Part shown: piece after piece, positions 1 to 9,599 of the stretch
Numbering within the stretch: position 1 is the first letter of the stretch
Layout of the letters: every line of letters begins with the position of its first letter
From: Escherichia phage vB_VIPECOOM01
Length of the DNA stretch: 64,000 bases
Reading direction: 5' to 3' (one strand)
Sequence record: OQ721909
Program-made: the position numbers and the translations under genes
The notes under the pieces: generated by a model
Seen by the model: only the letters and a program-made list of their open reading frames with translations
The model's database searches: none
What the model was told of the DNA's origin: nothing

Positions 1-60
1 GATATTGTAAGTGTATATGCGAAAGTCGCATCTCGTTTCTAATTTTAAAGGTTAACACAA

Positions 61-1626
61 ATGACTATCAAAACTAAAGCTGAACTTTTGAACAAATGGA
101 AGCCATTACTGGAAGGTGAAGGTTTACCGGAAATTGCTAATAGCAAACAAGCGATTATCGCTAAAATCTTTGAAAACCAGGAAAAAGATTTCCAGACAGC
201 TCCAGAGTACAAAGACGAAAAAATCGCTCAGGCGTTCGGTTCTTTCTTAACAGAAGCTGAAATCGGTGGTGACCACGGTTACAATGCTACTAACATCGCT
301 GCAGGTCAGACTTCTGGCGCAGTAACTCAGATTGGCCCAGCTGTTATGGGTATGGTACGTCGTGCTATTCCTAACCTGATTGCTTTCGATATTTGCGGTG
401 TTCAGCCGATGAACAGCCCGACCGGTCAGGTATTCGCACTGCGCGCAGTATATGGTAAAGACCCAATCGCTGCCGGCGCTAAAGAAGCATTCCACCCAAT
501 GTATGGTCCAGATGCAATGTTCTCTGGTCAGGGTGCTGCTAAGAAATTCGCTGCTTTGAAAGCAAGTGATACTCTTGAAGTTGGAACTATTTACACCCAC
601 TTCTTCCAGGACACCGGTACTGTATATCTGCAAGCTACAGAAGCTAAACAAATTGATTCCACTGCATCTGACGCAGCTAAATTAGATGCTGAAATTAAGA
701 AACAAATGGAAGCTGGTGTACTGGTAGAAATCGCTGAAGGTATGGCTACTTCTATCGCTGAACTTCAGGAAGGTTTCAACGGTTCTACCGATAACCCATG
801 GAATGAAATGGGCTTCCGTATCGATAAACAAGTTATCGAAGCTAAATCTCGTCAGCTGAAAGCTGCTTACTCTATCGAATTAGCACAAGACCTCCGCGCT
901 GTTCACGGTATGGATGCTGATGCTGAACTGTCTGGTATTCTGGCTACCGAAATCATGCTGGAAATCAACCGCGAAGTTGTTGATTGGATTAACTACTCAG
1001 CTCAGGTTGGTAAATCTGGTATGACCCTGACTCCGGGTTCTAAAGCTGGTGTATTTGACTTCCAGGATCCGATTGATATTCGTGGTGCTCGCTGGGCGGG
1101 TGAATCCTTTAAAGCTCTGTTGTTCCAGATTGACAAAGAAGCAGTTGAAATTGCTCGTCAGACCGGTCGCGGTGAAGGTAACTTCATTATCGCTTCCCGT
1201 AACGTAGTTAACGTTCTGGCTTCAGTTGATACTGGCATTTCTTATGCTGCACAGGGTCTGGCTACCGGCTTTAACACTGATACTACCAAGTCAGTATTTG
1301 CGGGTGTTCTGGGTGGTAAATACCGTGTATATATCGACCAGTATGCTAAACAGGATTATTTCACTGTAGGTTATAAAGGTCCGAACGAAATGGATGCTGG
1401 TATTTACTATGCTCCATATGTAGCTCTAACTCCGCTGCGTGGTTCCGATCCGAAGAACTTCCAACCAGTAATGGGATTCAAAACTCGTTACGGTATCGGT
1501 ATCAACCCATTTGCAGAATCCGCTGCTCAGGCTCCGGCTTCTCGCATCCAGAGCGGTATGCCTTCTATTCTGAATAGCCTTGGTAAAAACGCTTACTTTA
1601 GACGTGTATATGTTAAAGGTATCTAA
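61..1626 (+). CDS. 23: Major capsid protein gp23
   Basis: 521-aa ORF with ATG start; N-terminus MTIKTKAELLNKWKPLLEGEGLPEIANSKQ and the rest match T4 gp23 as I recall it; hairpin terminator follows. Confidence 0.97.
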   Translation: MTIKTKAELLNKWKPLLEGEGLPEIANSKQAIIAKIFENQEKDFQTAPEYKDEKIAQAFGSFLTEAEIGGDHGYNATNIAAGQTSGAVTQIGPAVMGMVRRAIPNLIAFDICGVQPMNSPTGQVFALRAVYGKDPIAAGAKEAFHPMYGPDAMFSGQGAAKKFAALKASDTLEVGTIYTHFFQDTGTVYLQATEAKQIDSTASDAAKLDAEIKKQMEAGVLVEIAEGMATSIAELQEGFNGSTDNPWNEMGFRIDKQVIEAKSRQLKAAYSIELAQDLRAVHGMDADAELSGILATEIMLEINREVVDWINYSAQVGKSGMTLTPGSKAGVFDFQDPIDIRGARWAGESFKALLFQIDKEAVEIARQTGRGEGNFIIASRNVVNVLASVDTGISYAAQGLATGFNTDTTKSVFAGVLGGKYRVYIDQYAKQDYFTVGYKGPNEMDAGIYYAPYVALTPLRGSDPKNFQPVMGFKTRYGIGINPFAESAAQAPASRIQSGMPSILNSLGKNAYFRRVYVKGI

Positions 1627-1641
1627 TCTTTGACGATTTAA

Positions 1642-1662
1642 GGGACCTTCGGGTCCCTTTAG
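1642..1662 (+). terminator. Rho-independent terminator after gene 23
   Basis: GGGACC-TTCG-GGTCCC stem-loop (UUCG tetraloop) followed by a T-rich tract, 15 nt past the stop codon. Confidence 0.6.
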
Positions 1663-1674
1663 TTGTTTTTATGG

Positions 1675-1682
1675 TATAAATA
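1675..1682 (+). promoter_or_regulatory. T4-type late promoter (TATAAATA) for gene 24
   Basis: Exact TATAAATA about 28 nt upstream of the gene 24 ATG; coordinates approximate. Confidence 0.55.
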
Positions 1683-1709
1683 AATCATATAAACCAAAAG
1701 GAAAGCGCA

Positions 1710-2993
1710 ATGGCTAAAATCAACGAACTTCTGCGCGAATCAACCACAACGAATAGCAACTCAATCGGTCGCCCAAATCTCGTTGCTTTGACTCGCGCTA
1801 CCACTAAATTAATATATTCTGACATTGTAGCAACGCAAAGAACTAATCAACCTGTTGCTGCTTTTTATGGTATCAAATACCTTAACCCAGATAACGAATT
1901 TACGTTTAAAACTGGTGCTACTTACGCTGGCGAAGCTGGATATGTAGACCGAGAACAAATCACAGAATTAACAGAAGAGTCTAAATTAACTCTCAATAAA
2001 GGCGATTTATTCAAATATAATAATATCGTTTATAAAGTATTAGAAGATACACCATTTGCTACCATTGAAGAAAGTGATTTAGAATTAGCTCTTCAGATTG
2101 CAATTGTTCTTTTAAAGGTTCGTCTATTTTCTGACGCAGCGTCAACAAGCAAATTTGAAAGCTCTGATAGTGAAATTGCTGATGCTAGATTCCAGATTAA
2201 TAAATGGCAAACCGCGGTTAAATCTCGTAAACTTAAAACTGGCATCACAGTTGAATTAGCACAAGATTTAGAAGCAAATGGATTCGATGCTCCTAATTTC
2301 TTGGAAGATTTGCTTGCAACTGAAATGGCGGATGAAATCAATAAAGATATTCTACAGTCTTTGATTACAGTATCAAAACGCTATAAAGTTACAGGAATTA
2401 CTGATACTGGATTTATTGATTTGAGTTATGCATCTGCGCCTGAAGCTGGTCGTTCATTATACCGAATGGTGTGTGAAATGGTTTCGCATATCCAAAAAGA
2501 ATCAACTTATACTGCAACGTTCTGTGTTGCTTCAGCTCGTGCCGCTGCGATTCTTGCTGCATCAGGTTGGTTAAAACATAAACCAGAAGATGACAAATAT
2601 CTTTCACAAAATGCCTACGGGTTCTTAGCTAATGGTTTACCGCTTTATTGCGATACTAACAGCCCATTAGATTATGTAATCGTTGGTGTAGTAGAAAATA
2701 TCGGTGAAAAAGAAATTGTTGGATCAATTTTCTATGCTCCGTATACAGAAGGTCTTGACTTAGATGACCCTGAACATGTAGGTGCATTTAAAGTTGTAGT
2801 TGATCCAGAAAGCTTACAACCATCTATCGGTTTATTGGTTAGATATGCTTTATCTGCAAATCCTTACACTGTAGCAAAAGATGAAAAAGAAGCAAGAATA
2901 ATTGATGGTGGAGACATGGATAAAATGGCGGGTCGTTCAGATTTGTCTGTTTTATTAGGTGTTAAATTACCAAAAATTATCGTCGATGAATAA
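1710..2993 (+). CDS. 24: Head vertex protein gp24
   Basis: 427-aa ORF; N-terminus MAKINELLRESTTTNSNSIGRPNLVALTRA matches T4 gp24; sits directly downstream of gene 23. Confidence 0.95.
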   Translation: MAKINELLRESTTTNSNSIGRPNLVALTRATTKLIYSDIVATQRTNQPVAAFYGIKYLNPDNEFTFKTGATYAGEAGYVDREQITELTEESKLTLNKGDLFKYNNIVYKVLEDTPFATIEESDLELALQIAIVLLKVRLFSDAASTSKFESSDSEIADARFQINKWQTAVKSRKLKTGITVELAQDLEANGFDAPNFLEDLLATEMADEINKDILQSLITVSKRYKVTGITDTGFIDLSYASAPEAGRSLYRMVCEMVSHIQKESTYTATFCVASARAAAILAASGWLKHKPEDDKYLSQNAYGFLANGLPLYCDTNSPLDYVIVGVVENIGEKEIVGSIFYAPYTEGLDLDDPEHVGAFKVVVDPESLQPSIGLLVRYALSANPYTVAKDEKEARIIDGGDMDKMAGRSDLSVLLGVKLPKIIVDE

Positions 2994-2999
2994 AACAAA

Positions 3000-3020
3000 G
3001 GGACCGAAAGGTCCCTTTTT
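3000..3020 (+). terminator. Rho-independent terminator after gene 24
   Basis: GGGACC-GAAA-GGTCCC hairpin (GNRA loop) followed by TTTTT. Confidence 0.6.
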
Positions 3021-3022
3021 AT

Positions 3023-4027
3023 TTAACTTACCAATTCAATCCAAGCCGGACGAAGTACATCTTGTACCATTTTAACTAATTCCTTTTTAATCAAAGAAGG
3101 ATTATCCGCTTGAGTTAAAGTAATACCTTCACGAGAAGTTTCTTCCAAAATATCTTGAACAGTTAGTCCCATCACCTTTCCAAAATCCTTTGGACCAATT
3201 TCGCCAATTTTAGAAATAACGTTATTTACTCGGTTCAGTGTAACGTAGCAAGCTAAAATTCCCAGCAATTTATTATCAGCTTCTGACAGCTCAACTTTAG
3301 CTTTAATAGGCTTATCAGACTTTTTCTTTTCGCTAAATTTAGAGTTCTTGCATTTAATCGCTACACGATTGCCATTAGGCATCCAAGAAGGATAACAAGG
3401 TTTCAATACATATCCTTCAGCAGTAAATACTTCGCCTTTTGCTTCGGCATTCCAAACGCATTTATTTGCATCAACTAATCCAGCGTGGTCTACCGTAAAA
3501 TTATAATCCTGGACGACAGAATCTAAATCATTTGGCAATTTAATAAGGTCTTCAAATTTACCACGACCTAAAAGTGGAGCCATTTTAAATTTAAATGTAT
3601 TACAGAATGATTCCATCATATAATCATCGACATAAGTCACATCACCACTTTCGGTAGTAACAATAATGTCAAATACATAAAAATCTTTATCGCCATAATC
3701 GACATTCTTCTGAATGCCAGGTCCAGCAAATTCACCGAAGACTTGATAAGATACAACTGCTGAAGTTTCCATAATATCTTGTACTGCTTTAATGGAATCA
3801 GCATAATTCTTTAAAATAATTTCATACCCAAAGAAATCTTCAGCAGGAAGAATCAGTCCAGTACGTTTAGCACAAGTTGCTTTATCACGCTCAATAATCA
3901 ATGAAAAGTTTGTACCGTGAATCTTTTCACGAGCTACCCATTCGCCACCAGTCAATCCTAAACTGTAAAGTTTTTCAATGAATTTAGAATTGTAATGATT
4001 TTCAAGACTGCTATACTTTTTAAACAT
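3023..4027 (-). CDS. rnlB: RNA ligase 2 (Rnl2)
   Basis: 334-aa ORF; N-terminus [19 protein letters not shown] and the EKIHGTNFS lysine-adenylation motif match T4 Rnl2. Confidence 0.93.
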   Translation of the reverse strand: MFKKYSSLENHYNSKFIEKLYSLGLTGGEWVAREKIHGTNFSLIIERDKATCAKRTGLILPAEDFFGYEIILKNYADSIKAVQDIMETSAVVSYQVFGEFAGPGIQKNVDYGDKDFYVFDIIVTTESGDVTYVDDYMMESFCNTFKFKMAPLLGRGKFEDLIKLPNDLDSVVQDYNFTVDHAGLVDANKCVWNAEAKGEVFTAEGYVLKPCYPSWMPNGNRVAIKCKNSKFSEKKKSDKPIKAKVELSEADNKLLGILACYVTLNRVNNVISKIGEIGPKDFGKVMGLTVQDILEETSREGITLTQADNPSLIKKELVKMVQDVLRPAWIELVS

Positions 4028-4036
4028 AATTAATCC

Positions 4037-4315
4037 TCAAAATGTAATTTCTAACCAATCACCATCACGCTGGTCACTATTGACTTTAAAGCTAAATCCT
4101 TCTTTTCTCAGCCAATCACCAATTTCTTCAGTAATCAATTTATCGCGAGCAGTACAATAATAACTAAAATATGTTTTACCTTGTTCAGCTGCTTTATTAG
4201 CAAGTTCCGAAAAATCTTTAATAAAACACTCTAGTTTAAACTGTTTACTTTTAAGTGCTTTTTCGCGCAATTGATTAGCAAAAGATTCATTTTCATAAAG
4301 ATCATACTGTTCCAT
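4037..4315 (-). CDS. Hypothetical protein, 92 aa (position of T4 24.2)
   Basis: ATG-initiated ORF overlapping the next gene by 14 nt in a tightly packed minus-strand block; identity by synteny only. Confidence 0.55.
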   Translation of the reverse strand: MEQYDLYENESFANQLREKALKSKQFKLECFIKDFSELANKAAEQGKTYFSYYCTARDKLITEEIGDWLRKEGFSFKVNSDQRDGDWLEITF

Positions 4316-4517
4316 TTTTCACCTTTTTATTAATATGTCTTTTTCTATAGACAACTTTTTCTCGAGTCTCAAATTTATTCTTAGCAGTCATAGCTCGAGC
4401 CCATAATACAGCCACTTCCTTTGCCTGTAAGTTCAATTCACGAGCAATTTCAATGAATGACTTTCCAGACTCATGGAGTGTAAACACCACAACCTCAGTT
4501 CTCATAATCAATCTCAT
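4302..4517 (-). CDS. Hypothetical protein, 71 aa (position of T4 24.3)
   Basis: ATG-initiated ORF in the same co-oriented block; identity by synteny only. Confidence 0.5.
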   Translation of the reverse strand: MRLIMRTEVVVFTLHESGKSFIEIARELNLQAKEVAVLWARAMTAKNKFETREKVVYRKRHINKKVKNGTV

Positions 4518-4586
4518 GTTATCGAGTTGGTGCCATTATATACATCGTTTTCTGACTATGTTTTGCGTGCTTTCAAAATGAAGAAA

Positions 4587-4600
4587 GGGGCCGAAGCCCC
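4587..4600 (-). terminator. Stable C(UUCG)G hairpin downstream of hoc (putative terminator or 3' stabiliser)
   Basis: GGGGC-CGAA-GCCCC on the plus strand, giving a GGGGC-UUCG-GCCCC tetraloop hairpin on minus-strand RNA 6 nt after the hoc stop; U-rich sequence follows. Confidence 0.4.
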
Positions 4601-4605
4601 TGAGA

Positions 4606-5736
4606 TTATGGATAGGTATAGATGATACCAGTTTCTAAAGCAGTTTTATGAATGATGTATCCATTACGCGATTCTTGAACATCAACTTCCGGATAGTCTT
4701 TCATCATCTTCTGAAGAGTGTAACGATGCAAGTAGTACTTACTATCTGGGTCGTCAGTTTTCCAATCTTTACCTTCTTCAGTCATTTTTTGGATTTCATC
4801 CATAACCCACCAACCGCACCAGATATAAGCTGAAGTACGATGTGGAAGAGGATGAACATAAGGTAATTCACCTTCTGGTTCCGGAGCAACTTTATCAGTT
4901 ACCTGAACTTGACCTGTTGTTTTAACTGTTTTGCTATCATAGTCAGTTGCTGTAACGACAGCAGTAACTTCAATAGTTTGACTTCCAACAGATGAGGTAT
5001 CGATAGTATATACGTTAGTTGACCCTTCTACAGGAGAAGAATCTTTCTTCCATGAGTAAGTAATTTGTGCTGCGTCAGGTGCGCCAGTAACATTAGCAGT
5101 AAATGTAGCCGAAGCATCTTGCTGAACGTTAATAGAAGGAGGAGTCAATGTAACCTGTGGATTCATTGTCTTCTTATTAACCGTCAATGATACTTCATTA
5201 GAAGTAACTTCCTTTGCATCATAATCTGTCGCGGTTACTTGAGCTACGCATTTAATTCTTTTTACTCCACTTGTAGTTGGAGTATAGCTAAATGTAGCGG
5301 AAGTTGCTTCACTAACAGGAGAATCATCTACATGCCACTGATATGTAGCAGATGCACCTGATGGTTGAGAAGCTAAGACAGCAGTAAATTCAACAGGAGT
5401 TCCAATTACTCCAGCAGCAGGACTAGCAGGAGTTACAGCTAAGGTAGTTGTCTGTGTCTTATTTTGAACTGTGATAGTTGTAGAAGCTTCTGCTGTTTCA
5501 GCCTCAGCTTCTGGAACTGTGTTTGTTGCAACTACTTTAATAGTCTTTTGACCGGCAGGTCCTTTTAGTACATAACTAAAAGTTGCTTCAGTTCCATCTT
5601 GTGGAACATCATCTACAGTCCAAGCATAGGTAATAGTTCCACCTCCAGTTTCACCACTGGGTGTAGCAGTAAACTGCTGAGTCTGATCTATAACTCCAGT
5701 AGGTGTTTTAGGAGTTATATCAACTGTAAAAGCCAT
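4606..5736 (-). CDS. hoc: Hoc, highly immunogenic outer capsid protein
   Basis: 376-aa ORF with tandem Ig-like repeats and a conserved C-terminal capsid-binding segment (PYVHPLPHR...WCGWWVMDE) as in T4 Hoc. Confidence 0.9.
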   Translation of the reverse strand: MAFTVDITPKTPTGVIDQTQQFTATPSGETGGGTITYAWTVDDVPQDGTEATFSYVLKGPAGQKTIKVVATNTVPEAEAETAEASTTITVQNKTQTTTLAVTPASPAAGVIGTPVEFTAVLASQPSGASATYQWHVDDSPVSEATSATFSYTPTTSGVKRIKCVAQVTATDYDAKEVTSNEVSLTVNKKTMNPQVTLTPPSINVQQDASATFTANVTGAPDAAQITYSWKKDSSPVEGSTNVYTIDTSSVGSQTIEVTAVVTATDYDSKTVKTTGQVQVTDKVAPEPEGELPYVHPLPHRTSAYIWCGWWVMDEIQKMTEEGKDWKTDDPDSKYYLHRYTLQKMMKDYPEVDVQESRNGYIIHKTALETGIIYTYP

Positions 5737-5745
5737 AAGTTATCC

Positions 5746-6426
5746 TTATTTTAATGTTACGAAAGAAGAGTTGCGTGTTTCACGAATTAAAACTGATCCG
5801 TCACGGTTAATGTAGTAAATTAAGCTAAATAAAGTTTGATGTGCCGACGCGTGTTCAAAACTAGTTGGGTGAGATTTCCAATCCGGAGTTTCAGCAATCC
5901 ACTGGTAAATCCACCAAGGAACAGTGCAGAATCCTGGATTTTTTCCAATCAGCTGAAGATTCGGACTAAAGTTTTCCGGAAGAGTAAATACAGACGGCTT
6001 TTCAGATTCAATAATCTCAGCTACGGCCTGCTCGAATTTTTCTTCAACAAAAGGAGTATCTTCAATCAAAACATCGGTATTTTCAGGAATTTTATCCGTT
6101 TCTACTACTTCAATTTTAATGTCAGATTTAAGTGGAGAATCAATCAGAAGTGCTGCTTCTGGATTGACTTCTTCATCGTCATATTTTAATCCCTCTGCAG
6201 CATCAGCAGCATTAATTAAGTCTTTAATAGATAACCCATCAGTCTCTGGCATAGGTTCACTAGCGAGCTTCTGGAGGGCTTCTTCAATATCAATAACGAT
6301 ATTATCAAAAGATTTATTCTTTTTGACCTTTATACCAAACTGTTCAGCATATTCAGCTAATTTAGCTTTAGCTTCTTTATTATCATCAAGAGCCTTCAGC
6401 TCTGCAATATAATCTTTATCTATCAT
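5746..6426 (-). CDS. inh: Inh-like acidic protein (prohead protease inhibitor position)
   Basis: 226-aa acidic ORF between hoc and uvsW, where T4 encodes inh; assigned by synteny and size rather than strong sequence recall. Confidence 0.6.
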   Translation of the reverse strand: MIDKDYIAELKALDDNKEAKAKLAEYAEQFGIKVKKNKSFDNIVIDIEEALQKLASEPMPETDGLSIKDLINAADAAEGLKYDDEEVNPEAALLIDSPLKSDIKIEVVETDKIPENTDVLIEDTPFVEEKFEQAVAEIIESEKPSVFTLPENFSPNLQLIGKNPGFCTVPWWIYQWIAETPDWKSHPTSFEHASAHQTLFSLIYYINRDGSVLIRETRNSSFVTLK

Positions 6427-6439
6427 AATATTTCCTCAG

Positions 6440-6447
6440 TATAAATA
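6440..6447 (+). promoter_or_regulatory. T4-type late promoter (TATAAATA) for uvsW
   Basis: TATAAATA about 30 nt upstream of the uvsW ATG; uvsW is a late gene in T4. Confidence 0.5.
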
Positions 6448-6476
6448 TAGATATATTTATTACATGGTATTTAGAC

Positions 6477-7988
6477 ATGACTGACATTAAAGTACATTTT
6501 TATGATTTTAGTCACGTGAGAATTGATTGTGAAGAAAGTACATTTCATGAACTCCGTGATTTCTTTAGCTTTGAAGCTGATGGGTATCGTTTTAATCCGA
6601 AGTACAAATATGGCCACTGGGATGGACGAATCCGTCTTTTAGATTATAATCGCCTTCTTCCATTTGGCTTAGTCGGGCAAATTAAAAAGTTCTGCGATAA
6701 CTTTGGCTATAAAGCTTGGATTGACCCACAAATTAACGAAAAAGAAGAATTATCAAGAAAAGATTTTGATGAATGGCTTTCTAAATTAGAAATCTATTCA
6801 GGAAATAAAAGAATTGAACCGCATTGGTATCAAAAAGATGCAGTGTTCGAAGGATTAGTTAATCGTCGTAGAATTCTTAATCTTCCAACATCCGCAGGTA
6901 AATCTTTAATTCAAGCTTTGCTTGCACGTTATTATTTGGAAAATTATGAAGGTAAAATTCTTATCATTGTTCCAACAACTGCTTTAACAACTCAGATGGC
7001 TGATGACTTTGTTGACTATCGTTTATTCAGTCATGCAATGATAAAGAAAATCGGCGGTGGAGCATCAAAAGATGATAAATATAAAAATGATGCACCGGTA
7101 ATTGTTGGTACATGGCAAACTGTAGTAAAACAACCGAAAGAATGGTTCTCACAGTTTGGAATGATGATGAATGATGAATGCCATCTTGCCACAGGAAAAA
7201 GTATTTCATCTATCATATCAGGTTTAAATAACTGCATGTTTAAATTTGGTCTATCAGGTTCATTGCGTGATGGCAAAGCTAATATCATGCAGTATGTTGG
7301 AATGTTTGGTGAAATATTTAAGCCAGTAACGACTTCTAAATTAATGGAAGATGGACAAGTAACTGAGTTAAAAATTAATAGTATTTTTCTTCGCTATCCC
7401 GATGAGTTCACTACTAAATTAAAGGGAAAAACTTACCAAGAAGAAATAAAAATTATTACTGGGCTCAGTAAAAGAAATAAATGGATCGCTAAATTAGCTA
7501 TTAAACTTGCACAAAAAGATGAAAACGCTTTTGTCATGTTTAAGCATGTATCACATGGTAAAGCTATTTTCGATTTAATTAAAAATGAATACGATAAAGT
7601 TTATTACGTATCAGGAGAAGTTGATACCGAAACACGCAACGTAATGAAAACCCTAGCTGAAAACGGTAAAGGAATAATTATAGTAGCTAGTTATGGTGTA
7701 TTTTCTACTGGTATTTCAGTTAAAAATCTGCATCACGTTGTTTTAGCGCACGGTGTTAAATCTAAAATTATTGTATTGCAAACAATAGGTCGCGTATTAC
7801 GTAAGCATGGTTCTAAAACAATCGCAACGGTCTGGGACCTCATTGATGATTGTGGCGTCAAGCCAAAATCTGCTAATACGAAAAAGAAATACGTTCATTT
7901 GAACTATCTTTTAAAACACGGCATTGATCGTATTCAGCGCTACGCAGATGAAAAATTTAATTACGTAATGAAAACAGTTAATTTATAA
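6477..7988 (+). CDS. uvsW: UvsW helicase (SF2, recombination and replication-fork processing)
   Basis: 503-aa ORF; Walker A PTSAGKS and DECH box; N-terminus MTDIKVHFYDFSHVRIDCEE matches T4 UvsW. Confidence 0.95.
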   Translation: MTDIKVHFYDFSHVRIDCEESTFHELRDFFSFEADGYRFNPKYKYGHWDGRIRLLDYNRLLPFGLVGQIKKFCDNFGYKAWIDPQINEKEELSRKDFDEWLSKLEIYSGNKRIEPHWYQKDAVFEGLVNRRRILNLPTSAGKSLIQALLARYYLENYEGKILIIVPTTALTTQMADDFVDYRLFSHAMIKKIGGGASKDDKYKNDAPVIVGTWQTVVKQPKEWFSQFGMMMNDECHLATGKSISSIISGLNNCMFKFGLSGSLRDGKANIMQYVGMFGEIFKPVTTSKLMEDGQVTELKINSIFLRYPDEFTTKLKGKTYQEEIKIITGLSKRNKWIAKLAIKLAQKDENAFVMFKHVSHGKAIFDLIKNEYDKVYYVSGEVDTETRNVMKTLAENGKGIIIVASYGVFSTGISVKNLHHVVLAHGVKSKIIVLQTIGRVLRKHGSKTIATVWDLIDDCGVKPKSANTKKKYVHLNYLLKHGIDRIQRYADEKFNYVMKTVNL

Positions 7989-8013
7989 GGGCTCCGGCCC
8001 TTTGGAGAAAAAG

Positions 8014-8244
8014 ATGTTACTAGAATTTAAACAATTTCTTTATGAAGCTTCTATTGATGAATTTATGGGTAAAATTGCCTCTTGCCAAACATTAGAAGGT
8101 CTAGAAGAACTTGAAGCTTATTATAAGAAAAGAGTTAAAGAAACTGAATTAAAAGATACTGATGACATCTCTGTGAGAGATGCTTTGGCAGGAAAAAGAG
8201 CTGAATTAGAAGATTCAGACGATGAAGTAGAAGAAAGCTTTTAA
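8014..8244 (+). CDS. uvsW.1: UvsW.1-like small acidic protein
   Basis: ATG at 8014 with a GGAG RBS 6 nt upstream (the ORF track begins at an upstream TTG); 76 aa, just downstream of uvsW as in T4. Confidence 0.6.
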   Translation: MLLEFKQFLYEASIDEFMGKIASCQTLEGLEELEAYYKKRVKETELKDTDDISVRDALAGKRAELEDSDDEVEESF

Positions 8245-8245
8245 A

Positions 8246-8277
8246 TTAAAAAAAGGCCCAACCAAAAAGGAAGGGCC
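8246..8277 (-). terminator. Putative terminator after the 55-aa ORF
   Basis: GGCCC...GGGCC inverted repeat followed on the minus strand by a T-run (plus-strand A-run at 8246-8254). Confidence 0.35.
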
Positions 8278-8300
8278 AAAACTATAGACTAAAGGTCACA

Positions 8301-8468
8301 CTATAGCAAAAGTTGTGTTTCATTTAATTGTTCTTCCGAACTTTCTGAAACTGGTAGTTCTTTAATGTAATTATAGCAAGGCCCAGGATGTACAGGACCT
8401 TTGTCTGTTTCAACAACCAATGCAGAATCGATTGGAGTTTTACAGACAACACAAATCTTATCTGACAT
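8301..8468 (-). CDS. Small Cys-containing protein, 55 aa (position of T4 uvsY.-2)
   Basis: Hand-translated MSDKICVVCKTPIDSALVVETDKGPVHPGPCYNYIKELPVSESSEEQLNETQLLL; GGAG RBS 6 nt upstream of the ATG; below the ORF-track size cut-off. Confidence 0.5.
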   Translation of the reverse strand: MSDKICVVCKTPIDSALVVETDKGPVHPGPCYNYIKELPVSESSEEQLNETQLLL

Positions 8469-8496
8469 GATTGTCTCCTCTAAATTATATATCTAT

Positions 8497-8721
8497 TTAT
8501 ATAACTCTCATATGCATATCAATGCCCATATCTTTAGAATAAAAATATTCATCAAGATATCCGGCAAATTTTCCTTTAATATAAAGTACATCTTCACCGC
8601 ATGGGTGGTCGGCCAGAATACGAATATCCTGACGCTTGAGATTATACTTTTTCATTAAGAATTGAATTTCCGTTTCAAATTCTTCTTCATAATTAAAAGC
8701 ATCATCAATGCTATATTTCAT
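8497..8721 (-). CDS. Hypothetical protein, 74 aa (position of T4 uvsY.-1)
   Basis: ATG start overlaps the uvsY stop by 1 nt (TAATG), indicating translational coupling. Confidence 0.55.
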   Translation of the reverse strand: MKYSIDDAFNYEEEFETEIQFLMKKYNLKRQDIRILADHPCGEDVLYIKGKFAGYLDEYFYSKDMGIDMHMRVI

Positions 8722-9134
8722 TATTTTCCAGCCTCAAATGCTCGCATGTCTTGAATATGCTTAATAGCAAATCCACGTGATTTAATAGCATCAAGAGCTC
8801 CGCTACAGAAATCCAATAAAATTCCCCAATATTGTAATGAAGTATCAACTTTTAAAACATCCTTATCAGCTGATAGAACTGTCTTCATTTCTGATTTCTC
8901 ATAACGGTCCATACTAAATTCATCACCATCTCCTCGTCCCGAGTAGTAGTCTAATTTAGCTTTAAGAGCAACTTTTTTCTGTGCGTCAATTCTAAGCATT
9001 TCCTTTTTAATACTTGAATGCTTATTGAGCCATTTACTATATAACATCACATTATTAGCTGCTTCATACTGTAATTTAGTCGAATCTATAAACACATCTT
9101 TCTTCAATTCTTCTTGAAGATCTTCTAATTTCAT
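8721..9134 (-). CDS. uvsY: UvsY recombination mediator protein
   Basis: 137-aa ORF, MKLEDLQEELKKDVFIDSTKLQYEAANNVMLYSKWLNKH, near-identical to T4 UvsY as I recall it. Confidence 0.95.
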   Translation of the reverse strand: MKLEDLQEELKKDVFIDSTKLQYEAANNVMLYSKWLNKHSSIKKEMLRIDAQKKVALKAKLDYYSGRGDGDEFSMDRYEKSEMKTVLSADKDVLKVDTSLQYWGILLDFCSGALDAIKSRGFAIKHIQDMRAFEAGK

Positions 9135-9174
9135 ATTGTTCTCTATTCAATTGTTATTGGATGGACTTAGATTC

Positions 9175-9200
9175 ATTATACCACGTTTATACGTGAAGCA
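9175..9200 (-). promoter_or_regulatory. MotA-dependent middle promoter for uvsY
   Basis: Minus strand reads TGCTTCA (MotA box), 13 nt, then TATAAT, about 40 nt upstream of the uvsY ATG; matches the T4 middle-promoter architecture. Confidence 0.5.
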
Positions 9201-9599
9201 TTATACTCTGTTACTGGAAGCCAGTTGTAGTTTTATCTGCTCAATATCATCAGGGTTATCGATGACCGAAAAGCGTATTTCTACTATCAGAGTATAATCA
9301 TCATAAACCGGTATTACATTAACTGCTAATTTATCAATACGTGGCTCGTAGTTTCTTACTGCGCTTTCAATGTTACGCTCAACAGTATCAGCAGTAAGAG
9401 GAGTCATATTCTCAAAAAGCTGATCAGATAAATCACATCCAAATTCCGGGTCAAATGGTCTCGACCCTTTTCTGGTTGTAATAATTCCCAAAAGGCTATT
9501 TTTAATTGACCTTAATCCAAGAGATCTAGAAACATCTTTGTCCCAATCCATTTTCATTTCTGGGTCAATGTCAGAATAAAGCTTATTAATATTTGCCAT
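9201..9599 (-). CDS. 25: Baseplate wedge protein gp25
   Basis: 132-aa [57 protein letters not shown], matches T4 gp25. Confidence 0.93.
   Translation of the reverse strand: MANINKLYSDIDPEMKMDWDKDVSRSLGLRSIKNSLLGIITTRKGSRPFDPEFGCDLSDQLFENMTPLTADTVERNIESAVRNYEPRIDKLAVNVIPVYDDYTLIVEIRFSVIDNPDDIEQIKLQLASSNRV

Noticed and set aside
247-651. 134-aa minus-strand ORF inside gene 23
   Set aside because: Antisense to the well-supported major capsid gene, Cys/Ser-rich low-complexity translation, no RBS context; treated as a spurious shadow ORF. The other ORFs antisense to gp24, hoc, inh, gp29, gp48, gp54 and nrdA were rejected for the same reason.
8401-8658. 85-aa plus-strand ORF overlapping the uvsY.-1/uvsY.-2 region
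   Set aside because: TTG start, antisense to two translationally coupled minus-strand genes that have RBSs.
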